Shown here: piece by piece, positions 13,416 to 25,764 of the stretch | How positions within the stretch are numbered: position 1 is the first letter of the stretch | How the letters are laid out: each line of letters begins with the position of its first letter | Source: Botryllus schlosseri | Lineage: Eukaryota | Length of the DNA: 60,000 bases | Direction of reading: 5' to 3' | Assembly: GCA_051294905.1 (NCBI GenBank) | Contig: CM119372.1 | Coordinates: 23,314,001-23,374,000, forward strand | Position numbers and translations under genes: made by a program | Notes under the pieces: model-generated | Told to the model about the DNA's origin: nothing | Seen by the model: only the letters and a program-made list of their open reading frames with translations | The model's database searches: none

Positions 13416-16400
13416 GTCATCTATGCCCACATTGAATGTACAGAGTCGTCGCATGATGATACTTGAGAACATGAATTTGTTTTCCATGATGTTTGTACAC
13501 CGACACATTGTATGTACACCTCGTTTACGCGAATACTTGTGAACAATCGTGACGTTACTTGTATGTGATGGTGTATGCATTGGTATTTTTCATGGAGACA
13601 AAACACGGTCTGTAACATGTTTACTTGAATATTGGTCGTTGGTTCATGAGTGAATATCCGGATCAGGCCCACACACTTTCTCATATTAGTGATCCGGTTG
13701 CAGCTGACTGGAGCGACATGTATTGACCAGTAAAGACACAATATAGTAAACAGACCTGAGGAAACTCACAAGTAACCCGGAGTTATTAGCGCGATGGGGA
13801 ACATAAATGCATCCGTTTTCCGAACACCATTATCCGTGTATCAACCAGTTACCAAAGTCAAGGAGGTGTTTTATTCAGACATTTTGACTCTGGAAAATCC
13901 AAAGCACGAACCCGGACATCACAGACATATCGGAAACCCCTTTATTCGCCAATTCCGAAAACATACATGTCGATGTACAACAGCACATTGTTATTGTATG
14001 TGAGTAACCAATGATTTTGATGGGATGCATCAGAGCAAGTGAATATTTGATTAGACAAATGTATCGGAGTCGTTGTTGGTGTATATTTTGTCACTACCCG
14101 TTGTAACAATATACAAAAATATCAAATTGTCCGGTGTGGTTGTCAGTTTTCAAAACGAAAATGATATTGTTACCCAGGGAAAAGATAGATTTCCAAGTGA
14201 AAACGGTATTGGTACTCGGGTAAATGATAGTTTTCCAGACGAAAAGGGTTTGTTACCCAGGAGAAATGATTAGTTACTCTAGGAAAAGCTAGATGACCAA
14301 GAGAAAATGTATTGTTACACTGGGTAAACGCCAGATCTCCAAAGGAAAATGATATTTTTACTCAGGTAAACGACGACCCACCAAGTGAAAATGGCTTGTT
14401 GCTCAGGGAAAAAGGTTTGTTACCCGGGGAAAAAGGTTTGTTGCCCAGAGAAAAAATATATTTCCAAGTGAAAAAGGTTTGTTAACCAGAGAAAAAATAT
14501 ATTTCCAAGTGAAAAAGGTTTGTTAACCAGAGAAAAAATATATTTCCAAGTGAAAAAGGTTTGTTACCAAGAGAAAAAATATATTTCCAAGTGAAAAAGG
14601 TTTGTTAACCAGAGAAAAAATATATTTCCAAGTGAAAAAGGTTTGTTACCAAGAGAAAAAATATATTTCCAAGTGAAAAAGGTTTGTTATCCAGGGCAAA
14701 AATAGATTTCCAAGTGAAAAGGGGTTTGTTATCCAGGGCAAAAATAGATTTCCAAGTGAAAAGGGGTTTGTTATCCAGGTCAAAAATATATTTCCAAGTG
14801 AAAAGGGGATTGTTACACTGGGTAAACGATAAATCTCCAAAGGACAATGGTATTTTTAGTCAGGTAACGGCTGACCTCCAGGTGAAAATGGAAATTTTAC
14901 TTGGGTAGGTATCGTATGTTTAGTGTCGTTGGTATTGTTAAACGTTGTCGCCGGTAGCCGTTGGTATACTATTACGAGTGTGAAAAGGATTTGCACGCCC
15001 TGTGCAGAGTATCGCGGTGGTGAACATATTTTTCGCGTCACGAAACGCGATCGCTGTTTAAATGTTAATGCATGCATTTCGATTTCCGAGTTGCTGTACA
15101 ATAGAGATGACTCCGCGTTAGACCGCGCTGTGTACTTCGATTAAAACCACAAGACCACGTGTAAATCTATTCGCGCAACTAGATGATGTTGATATAGTGT
15201 TACTAAAATTAATTATTACCTATTTACACAACATAAAAAAATAACAATTCATGTCGTAGCAGGTTTCTTGAACTCGTGCTTGATGAAAACGATTGGCGAC
15301 AAGTATGCGTTTGTGTTTGAGTGAAAAATAATTATTTAGAGTAGTGACATTTTGTGACCACGAATGCAAATCGATCATGATATTACAATATACGCTTTCG
15401 TCAACATAACGACTTGGTGTAGAAACACTTTCATGTTTTTTCAATAACTGGATTCTCGAGACTTGTTACTTGTACGATGTACCGTTGGTGACTATAACGG
15501 CCATTTTGTATGATAGTACGTTTAGCTGTTTTGTTGTTAGGGTAATCACTTGATGACCCAGCACTTTTTGTTAGCAAAGTGGATTGATTTGTGTGTAAGA
15601 CGTAAGCGCCGTAACTAGAAAACATATGTACTCTGTTGTTGTAGTAGCTGATTTATTGCTATGACACGGACATATCCTGAAACCTTGGTTGGTTTGTTGT
15701 CTTACGAAAGATGAGGTGACCTCGGTGTCGTAAATTGTGTTAACTAAACCCGGATGGATACCACAATTGTGCTGGACTTACACATGGTATTCGCATACTG
15801 CACGCATACAAACTTTTGTGTAAACAACTCTGATGTTTCTGTTAATACTAGTTCTATGTTGAACTACTTGATTATTACGATACATGAACAACCGTTCAGA
15901 CAATAAAGTTCTTGAGGTATCGAAACAGTTTGAAAGCACCCCCAATCATTGTACAGGTTTGTAGCATGAGCGAATATTTTCGTGTAACATGAATATATTT
16001 CATATGTCTTCGGTAAGAAATGGGTTATGTGGGATAATAATTAGTATCGTAAAACTTGTTGTGTTTGATTGCATACTTTTTTAACATTGTTTGTTGTTGA
16101 AAGACGGGCGAGTTTACATTTAAATATAGTAAGCAGAGCAACTCAAGTAATAAATTTTACTCGTTTGAAAATCGACAACGGGAAAAATGCCGATGAATGG
16201 AGTAACAGTAATAATATGTGTGGTATATTATTTTTCGTGATATGCAACCAATCTTCTAAGCAGAACTTGTCAATAATTTACCATGTCGTAGAAAAGCCTA
16301 TTGTTATGAATTCAAAACAAATGTACTTCACTTATCACGATGATGGAAATTAAGATCAACGCAGTATTTCGAAGTGGTATGTTCAGCAATCACTAAATGA

Positions 16401-19400
16401 CAAAAATATCAAACTGTGCATACAACTCGGTTAGGTAAACGATCCGGTTACAAGTCGGATGTATTCTTGATGTACAGATGACAGTCTGATGATGTAAAGC
16501 TCAACCACCCAAATGTGTTCATTGCAAAGTATTTGACACAAACAAAATATCGAATGGAGACTTCGGTTTCATTACCAAGCTAGTGAAAATTGTTTTCTGT
16601 TGGTCAGGTAGGACACATTTGACAAACATCGTACACATTCTATCTTCGTGATGGTAACGACTTTCAGCGGCTTGGTTTCATGTCGGGGATTATTATTTGA
16701 GGGTTCAAGAACAATTTCATTCAATACTACAAATAAACAACAATGCATAACACGTAGCAAATAACAGTGTAGCAAGTACTTTTTTGATATTACGAGTGTT
16801 GGGCACTAGACACTTCTAGTTGAATTGGATGCATCTAACAAACATATCACAATTTACTTTTGTAATGATCAAAGTCTTAGAGTGTATAACCTCGCGATAT
16901 TTTAAATTTAGCACACACAATGGGGAGTTACTGAAATGATTAAGAATTGATCGCTAGCTTCGAACGGTACTCGATACTCAAAGTGATATTTTCACACTCT
17001 GTAAAGTGCATATGTTTCAATTCTCTGTCACAAATTCCGACATGGTGATATGTCGAGACGTAATACTATTTCCGTACACTCAATTACAACAAAACATAAC
17101 CCGCATTCAAATAAGCCGTAAGCTACAAGTGGATTTAAAACTTGATGCTGTTTTGTGGTTAACTCAAGTCAGTGGTCACGTTTGTGTTGATTTCAGGAAT
17201 GATCATGACGAGTTGGTCGGGTAAATTAGTGGTAGTAACTATGACCTTACAGAGTTGCTGACATTCCAATATCTTTTACGCTGTAATATTACGGATTTAA
17301 TTGTGATAAATTATTTCTCAGTTATTGTTCAGACATTCAAATCTCGTATACTCGAAATATAGTATGTCCAAGTCGAATCGTATATGCACCGATTTGTAAA
17401 TACTTTGTCTTCAGAATAGTAACAACCTTTACAATTGAATAAAAAAGACCGAGCATACGAATACAACCAGGATGAATTAATTCAAATTTATGAGTTGCAG
17501 TGATATAATCAAGTAAGTGAAAACTAGATTTTGAACAATTGTTAATGTTGTGAATAATTCTTTTGAGTATGGTAAGATGTTAAAATATCTCTTTGACAAA
17601 TGGAAAGCGGGATCGTGAATAGAGTTGTAATGTTACATTACTTGATTCAAAGTATGATCTTGAAATGTGGCTGGATCAAAGTTGGTAGTCGTGTTTGTCA
17701 ATCCTATTTCAATTCACACTATGTCAAAGTCCAAATATTTCATTCTGGATTATTTGGATTTACCTTTAGTACATCCCGCGAATGTGGATTATTTGGATTT
17801 ACCTTTAGTACATCCCGCGAATGTGGATTATTTGGATTTACCTTTAGTACATCCCGCGAATGGATCCCGATGCGGTACTATAACATTTTTGATAATAATG
17901 ACTCAAGGATTTTCAATCAACAATACTGGAATTTTTTGGTAATGCTAGAGTTGCCAAATGATTAGTTGCGTGTTTTTGTTAAGTGTTTGATTTCAAGTTA
18001 ATAAAGACAATAACTGTGTAATGCACATACTTGTGATTCTTGATTCTTGTAGAGTTATAGTTGGTATTGATTCTATAAGTGTGAAAACAGCGACGCGTAA
18101 TGTGCGAATAATTCGATGCGGCTGAAAGTCGGCGTCAGTAATATTCGGGTTACGTTCGATTCAACAAAAACGCGTTAAGGGATTTGTCAAAGGATTTGAG
18201 TTGTGTCGATTTAAAACATTCAGATACGAATCGACTTGATTTGTGTAGTGAGTTTCATTTCAAGTTGATAAGCTAACACATTGATTGCATATTTTCATGG
18301 ATCTTATCACACAACTAAAGTCAGCCACTATTCTGGAGGCGTGAAACATATAGCGATCGCGGGCGAGTGACAAATTGTTGGTTTTCGAATCACCGTCTGC
18401 GATGGTTCTGGGACAAACTAATTACCGAAATATTACCTTGTGAGCGGACATGAGGGATTGCTATGTCTGAAGCATTAGCCGGTGAGTGGTCGTCGGATTT
18501 TAAAATTATATCACGCCCTTTTGAATAAGCGTTCACTTCACAAAGGATTAGGGTTAGAGCGGAAATAAGTGACAATTTGTCGCTATTCAAGTTACCGACA
18601 CTGGCGCTCTGTTATTCGTTACTTGTTAAATCTTACCAGCGAAATCAAGTTCTGTGACAAACTGATTACTAAAATTTCACCGCGTGAGCGATCGGTATGG
18701 TTATGACACCAAGTCGTGAAAGATGGTTATGTCCGAGACATTATCTTGTCAGTGATCGCGGGGTTTTGCAAATATTTCACACCTTTTTGAATAAGCGTTA
18801 ACTTCACAAAGGATTACGGCTAGAATAGAAATAAGTGACAATTTGTTGGTATCCAAGTCTCGCCGGTGGTGTATCTGTTATTCGGCACTTATTACACTTA
18901 TCATGAAATTAGAGTGAGAACATAAAGCATCAAGTTGTTGTTTTCGAATTTTGATGCCGAGGTGATAAATTTACGCATTCAATTATAATTCAACTTCGGT
19001 TGTGTATTGAGTGATAGATCGATATGCCGGAAGTGGTATCTTGTGAGCGATCGTAGGATTTTACAAATATTTCACATCTTTTGGAAGTGTTAGTTTGCGA
19101 ACGCGGTTATTGTTGATATTCGAATCGCCGTCTGTCGCACGCACTGCGTAAATCCTCTTGCAAGCCACGTTTCCGTTTGCGCGGTTATTGTTGGTGACTA
19201 TTCAACACCACGCGAGAGATGGTTGAAAGTGCGAATCACGACCGAACCCATAAGAACACATGGCGAATCACCACCACAGCCTATACGCGAAAGTACGACA
19301 TGCGAGAGATGCCTATACCCGAAAGGGCGATTCACGACCGCACCCATAAGAACTCATGGTGAGTCACCACAGATCCCGTAAGAATACATGACAGACACAT

Positions 19401-19777
19401 TTATCGTCGTTAGCATGTCACCGCACGTATACCAAAAAACATTAGCATGCCACCACGAGTTTTCACGTTAGCATATGCCGCCGCCGTCTATACCCGAAAA
19501 AGGTAACCATGTCACCGCACCCATAAGACACAGTGGCACCATGCGACCGCAGCCTATAGTTATAAGTGTCACCATGCCACCACGAGTTTCACGGCACCAT
19601 GCCGCCGCAGCCTATACCCGAAAAGGTAACCATGCCACCCCCGCCATAAGACACAATGGCACCATGCTACCCCCGCCATAAGACATAAGGGTCACCATGC
19701 CACCCCCGGTTTCTCGGCACCATGCCACCCCGCCCATAAGAACCAATGGCGTCATGCGAGCGATCTACATAACTACT
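13416..19777 (-). repeat. Right arm of giant inverted repeat (6362 bp)
   Basis: Reverse complement of 6038-12440 with ~16 substitutions seen by eye and one 41-bp unit missing. Confidence 0.97.
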
Positions 19778-20895
19778 AACAACAGTAAGCAGTATCCTCC
19801 TTTATGATACGATGAAGAAATATTCTGACGATATGATTTTGTAGCTCTCAAATACAAGTATATTTAGTTAATCATTTGGGCCACAAAGCTTCAAAACATC
19901 TTTAATGTACAAAGGACATCAGTCTCAAAAGTTGTACAGTACGGTGCCATTGTCGATTTCGACACGCAGTGCGCTTCAGGATACCATACCTAGTTCAAAA
20001 CATTTTGTGGAAAATAACCCGAGCTATCAGTATAAGTACCAGTCTATTAATATTTTCATCATTTCATAACACCACAAAACTGCGATGCAATGAAAAGATA
20101 GGAAGGAGTCGAAATGTCTTGGAAGCTAACGTGACGGGAGTGTTTTAACGGGTAATTGGCAATCCAAATGTAGGCTACGCCAAATTCATTTTAAATGAAT
20201 TAAAATGAACCACTGTATTCATGAAAACATCGTCGGTGGATATTTCGCGATGAGCGCAACGAAAAACGTTGTGATTTGACAGATTCTGTCGAATGTTGGT
20301 TTGCAATTTGAGCTCAGGGATATATAGAACCATTGTTCTGCTATATAATCATATGTCCTTACTACACCATTCACTGTGAGGCCATTTTTCTTCAGCGCCC
20401 CCATACCGCCCCTTGAACTCATCGCCCCCCCCCCTGAACGTTTCCGCCCTTTCAAAATCCAAATCGCCCCCTGGTGGGCGATGTAGACAAGGTTAACCAC
20501 CACTGGCATAGAAGGATATGCAGTGTCAAGTCATTTTTTAGTTAATCTGAACCTTGGAATGTCACCCATACAGAAATAACAGTCATCTATAAGGTTTCGA
20601 ATTCCCCTTCAGATTCTTTAATAGCAAATGACATTGAATGCCGATCTTCCCTTAGCCATCCATCCATATTTCATCGGCATGTTTTGAAGATTACATGAAA
20701 TGCCCAGTTTTTATCTTTGTCACCAATCTTCATGCCAAAGTAAAGTTCATAAGTATAAAAAACCTTACTTCTATCTATAATTTGTACTTAACTTGTTTCA
20801 AACTGATATACAGACCACAGATATATCAAAAAACAGTCAGCAGGCAGACTACATTTGTGATGTTGATAATACTGATGAGATTATACGCACTAGAT

Positions 20896-22383
20896 CAGAG
20901 GTCTCAAACACGCGGCCCGCGAAAGCATTTTGTGCGGCCCGCGACGGCATTTTGGAAATTCAAATGTTCAATAATATATTCGAATGCCATATATCTTTTT
21001 TAGATATAAGAGCTTAAAGTTCACGCTAAAACTACTATAAAAATCACTGAAATCTCAAAGAACTTCACTATCACTTTTAAAAGCTACCACGCGATAAAGA
21101 TCAGCTATTACGTCACATTTCTAGTTCATGATGATAAAACTTTACCCGTAGATGTTTTGTGACTGAAAATTGTGATTTGGTTTGGTGCGACCTTCTCGTA
21201 AAATTACTCGATTTCGGATGACTGGGTGATTAAATAAAAATGATTCGAGTTGAGTCGGGTCAAACATTAAAATCAGAGATAGACTAGTGACTCGGAACGG
21301 TGACTTGGTTATCCTACGGACGCAACGATCTGTGAAACTGTCATAGGGAGTAGTAATACATCAAAATGTCGTAGTTTGCGCTGCGTAGGGTAGATAGCCT
21401 AGCTATCGAATCAGGCCAGTATGGCAACCATTGGTATTCTGTGACCCCCGTGACGTATAGTTGGTTACATGCTGGGTGTTGTTTGTTCTCTTTATCCATG
21501 TTATTATCGGTGGTGAGTAAGGTAGTAGTACGCTCTACAGCTGCAACACCAATGAATTCTTCGCCGATTGGACATTTCTATTCCAGGATTTTTTACACGG
21601 GGTCCGTAGACCCCATCGGGGTACGAATAAGCTGCACATCAGGATGTACGAGATGCATTGTGGAATTAGGCCTATGGTGGGGAATATAGTCTTGGCCCAT
21701 TTATGCAACTGGAAAATAGTATTCGCGCTACGCGCGATTTTATGTGATGGGCTTTCTGATTTTAATATAGGTACCATAAGAAATTGTGTTGAAAATGGAC
21801 ATTTGGACAATGCTATTATTATGGCTGAATAATGATTATATTGATATGTTCCAGTAATAATCGAAGGCAAAACCGAACGTTGATTTAATGTGACTTTGGC
21901 AATGATAGTAACAATATAGCCGATACTTATCACGACTATATCAAAACCCGGAGTAGTCTACACCGCTTAAATGCTCTGATATCAGATGAATCTTCAGTAG
22001 ATTTTAAAATAATCCACATAAAATTGTGGCACGTCAAAGTTCCACTGGCTGCAATATTACAAACCGACAGTTTGTCAACGTCATGATGCATCTTCTCGCA
22101 TGATGTCTATAACTCATTATTTTAACAAATTATGCCTGGCACAAATACAATTTTATTCAAATATTAGAAATGTGATTTTTTCCCGTATCAAGCGTGAATA
22201 GTACAATAGTGCAATAGTAAATTACATTTTCACGACGATTGTGGGATGCCTGCCAGCAAGCTCCCGTCAAATAAGGTATAATTGGAAATTATATTGAATA
22301 TCTCTATTGTTCATGCTGCGGCCCGCGGCATCATCAAAAACTAGGAAATTGGCCCGTGAGCACATTTGAGTTTGAGACCTCTG
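20896..22383. mobile_element. hAT-type non-autonomous element (CAGAGGTCTCAAAC termini) nested in the Chapaev3-like element
   Basis: TIRs CAGAGGTCTCAAAC / GTTTGAGACCTCTG; 8-bp TSD CACTAGAT; shorter copy at 50639-51387. Confidence 0.85.
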
Positions 22384-22901
22384 CACTAGATCCACAATCA
22401 GTGCATTAACATAACAAAACGATAAGGAATTTGAGATTGCTTGCCGTAGTCAATGCTGACTGAGACTGAGAAGATGATTGTTACTAACAGCCAACTATTA
22501 TGAATTAAATAATGGATTAAAGTGACGTCACAGTTAATAGGAAATTCAACAAAGGAGCTTGAAAAACATGGTGCGGGAAGTTTAAAAGGCTCAAAATGAC
22601 ATTTTTAAACGACACTTGGGGCAAATAAACGCCAGAAACATGTTTTACTAAGGAATATGGTATAGGAAATATCAAAAAATCGGCTTAACAAAATTTTTGT
22701 TACATGGTGTTATTTATAGGTCTTGCCGGCCTTTTTTAGTCAGCCTCGCCGTCACTGCCGCCGAAATCCAGATTTCGTGTCATTGCTGGTGTTTTTTAGT
22801 TGTGCCTCTACAATCGCTTGGCTGTCATAGCTATTAAGGAAGTCGAATTGCCAAAAAAGAGGGCAATTCCTCCTAAAGAAGGACGTATGGTAACCCTATA
22901 G

Positions 22902-23851
22902 CAGTGTTGGGATGACTCGAGTCATGACTTGACTCGAGTCAGACTCGAGTCACCTTTTTCGTATGACTTGACTTGACTCGAGTCACTTTGCAAAAATGAC
23001 TTGACTTGACTTGACTCGGCGCTTCAGAAACGTGGATTGACTCGTGACTCGAAGCAAAATTCACGAGTCAATTTCAAGTCATTATAAGTAACCGGCGTCG
23101 ATTAAAGCAACTTATCTTATGTACGTTCTGATGGTTGTTCTCGATACGCCGGTGTCACTTGTGAGAGCAACCAGTCATTCACTGATCCCCTTTGTCACAT
23201 CACAAATAAATTGACCGCTCACGAAACGATCACAGCTTACGCTGTTGTAGTCGTAGTAGCGACGTATCTTTGTTTCTTAGACGTCTCAGTGCTTATTGCG
23301 CAGTGCTCACCTTTAATAACTCTCTAGTATGATTTAAATCGAACGAATATAGTTTATGCCTTTATATTCTCACGGACGTGTGGATCGGTAGTGTCTATTG
23401 TGCCACATCAATTTGTTCAACGTCTCGAGGCTTCGTATTCGATCCTCTGCGTTGGCTGATAAAATCTGACTGTAGCATGTAGCTATAGTTACTCATGTAT
23501 TTTATTAGAAGTTGTGCGTGTGCGCGAGCGACACAACACCTTTTTGCATGTATATTTAACTTTATAATCGTTATTTGATTCAAGATAAATGGCCAATTAA
23601 TCTGTCCTTCACCCAGTTATCAAAATGTAATGACTTTGCAGCATCACTCATACTTCGAAAATCCAATTTGACTTGAATCGTGACTTGACTTGAATTGACT
23701 CGACTTGACTCGAGTCACCTCCAAAAAACGAGTGACTTGACTTGACTCGAGTCACATTTGAAAATCGATTGACTTGACTTGACTCGAGTCAAAATGTGCA
23801 ATGACTCGAGTTGACTCGTGACTCGAAGGTAGTGATTTGATCCCAACACTG
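22902..23851 (+). mobile_element. MITE with CAGTGTTGGGAT termini and GACTCGAGTC/GACTT subterminal arrays, copy 1
   Basis: TIRs CAGTGTTGGGAT / ATCCCAACACTG; direct homologue at 24079-25084. Confidence 0.9.
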
Positions 23852-24078
23852 GCATGAAGTTCAGTTCACATCAAACTATAGAGTTCATTCTCACAAACAT
23901 GGTGATAGTATATGTCTGTACACCAAGCTTGGCTCGTTGTCACGATGCAGTTCTCCCAAAGGATTGAAGGAAAAAACAGAAATTGGATCAGAATTTGAAT
24001 GAGAGCATAGAAACATGTCACAAATTAGATCACAATTAGAATAAGAGCGACGAAAGACACGCGCATTAACGTTGTAAC

Positions 24079-25084
24079 CAGTGTTGGGATGACTCGAGTC
24101 ATGACTTGACTCGAGTCAGACTCGAGTCAACTTTTTCGTATGACTTGACTTGACTCGAGTCACTTTGGAAAAATGACTTGACTTGACTTGACTCGGAGCT
24201 TCAAAAATGTGCATTGACTCGTGACTCGGCGTAAAATTTACGAGTCAATTTCAAGTCATCAAGTTAGCGGCGTCGAATAAATCACTGTATCTTGTGTATT
24301 ATGTTCGGATTGTTCGAGATACGGCAGTGTCACTTGTAAGAGCAACCAGTCACTCACTGATTCCACGTTCCACTGATCCTCCATTGTTAGGTCACAAATA
24401 AATTGACCGCAAACTGAACGATCACAGCTTACGTTGTCGAAGTAGTAGTAGAAGATTAATCTAAATAGCAATGTGTCTCTGTTTCTTAGACGGCCTAATG
24501 CTTACGTTGCACAGTGCTCACATTTACCAACCCTCTTGTATGATTTAAATCGAACAAATATAGTTTGGACGTTTATATTTTCACGGATGTGTAGATGGGT
24601 AGTGTATAGGCTATTGTACCATATCAATTTGTTTCAACTTCTCGAAGCTTCGCATTAGGTCCAATATTTTGGCTGATAATAACGTACTGTAGCATGTAGC
24701 TGTAGAGTTACTCACTTATTTTATTAGCATAGCTCTACGTGTGCGTGAGGGATACAACGTCTTTTTGCATGTATACTTAACTAGATATTCGTTATTTGAT
24801 TCTAGATAAATGATCAATTAATCTGTCTTTCACACAGCTAGCAAAATGTAATGACTTTGAATCATCATTCATGCTTCAAGAATACAATTTGACTTGAATT
24901 GTGACTTGACTCGTGACTTGACTTGACTTGACTCGACTTGACTCGAGTCACCTCCAAAAAACGAGTGACTTGACTTGACTCGAGTCACCTTTGAAAATCG
25001 ATTGACTTGACTTGACTCGAGTCAAAATCTGCAATGACTCGAGATGACTCGTGACTCGAAAGTAGTGACTTGATCCCAACACTG
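24079..25084 (+). mobile_element. MITE with CAGTGTTGGGAT termini, copy 2
   Basis: Same TIRs and internal sequence as copy 1 but diverged; followed by CCCTATAG, which also precedes copy 1. Confidence 0.9.
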
Positions 25085-25764
25085 CCCTATAGTAGTGACA
25101 GGTATGGAGTCACAATGTACAAGTCGAAAATGGGAGGGGGAAACGGTGTATTTCGCCGAGTCAAGTCTATTCAAGTCATTTTCAAAAAAGGGTCTCGACT
25201 CAAATCAAGTCACACGAAAAAGGGGACTCGAGTCTTCCCAACACTGTCGCCGACCTCACTGCGATTGCAGTGACTTCATGCCCAATTACAATGAGCCGAG
25301 CTATAAGTCGGCAGCAAAAAGAACCGATGAAGAACGCCTGAAAGAGACTGGCTGAGAGAGTGCAAGAAAATGAAAGACCTGATGAAATGAAGAAATGCAT
25401 TGAACTGTACAAAAATTATCATGTCGTGGAGCACAAAGCCTTAAAACAGGCTAAAAGCACCGTTGTGTAATAATGTTAATATCAAATCAAAGCGGATTTT
25501 ACTCTTTCCTGAACAGATGAAGTTGATGGAGCAGTGGGTGGATTTGAATAGCCTATATAGGCTACGGGTTTTTCAGATTCATAGTATATTTGCTAACAAC
25601 ATATTTCCATGTGGAATAGCGTTCTGAATGGAATCAAAACGGCTTCCTGATCACAATTTCAAATCATCCAATCTCCAATTTGAAGTTGTAAATTTACAGT
25701 AAATCGATCATGATGAAGGTTCAGTCCATTATAATGTATGCGACTTTCGCTGTGCAGTGTGCAA

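Larger units (their letters stand above)
6038..19777. mobile_element. Giant palindromic non-autonomous Maverick/Polinton-like element (13,740 bp)
   Basis: Ends AGTAGTTATGTAGATCGC...GCGATCTACATAACTACT; 6-bp TSD AACAAC at 6032-6037 and 19778-19783; inverted arms 6038-12440 and 13416-19777, also visible as mirrored ORFs in the track; no intact long ORF. Confidence 0.85.
5510..20505. mobile_element. hAT-type MITE (~1.25 kb) interrupted by the palindromic Maverick-like element
   Basis: Termini CAGTGGTCCTTAACC / GGTTAACCACCACTG; perfect 8-bp TSD GCATAGAA at 5502-5509 and 20506-20513. Confidence 0.8.
3621..22709 (-). mobile_element. Decayed Chapaev3-like (CMC) DNA transposon, ~2.06 kb once nested insertions are removed
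   Basis: TIRs CACCACGTAACAAAATTTTG / AAAATTTTTGTTACATGGTG; 3-bp TSD TTA on both sides. Minus-strand transposase remnants YELYFGMKIGDKDKNWAFHVI...DDCYFCM (~20570-20760) and PNQYELDHLV..LTKSNAEILTPRLK (~5260-5345) flank the nested block. Confidence 0.75.

Noticed and set aside
6038..19777. Palindrome as a pure assembly or MDA fold-back artefact
   Set aside because: Precise symmetric termini, a 6-bp TSD, arm mismatches and the matching TSDs of two enclosing elements argue it is real; read-level confirmation is still needed
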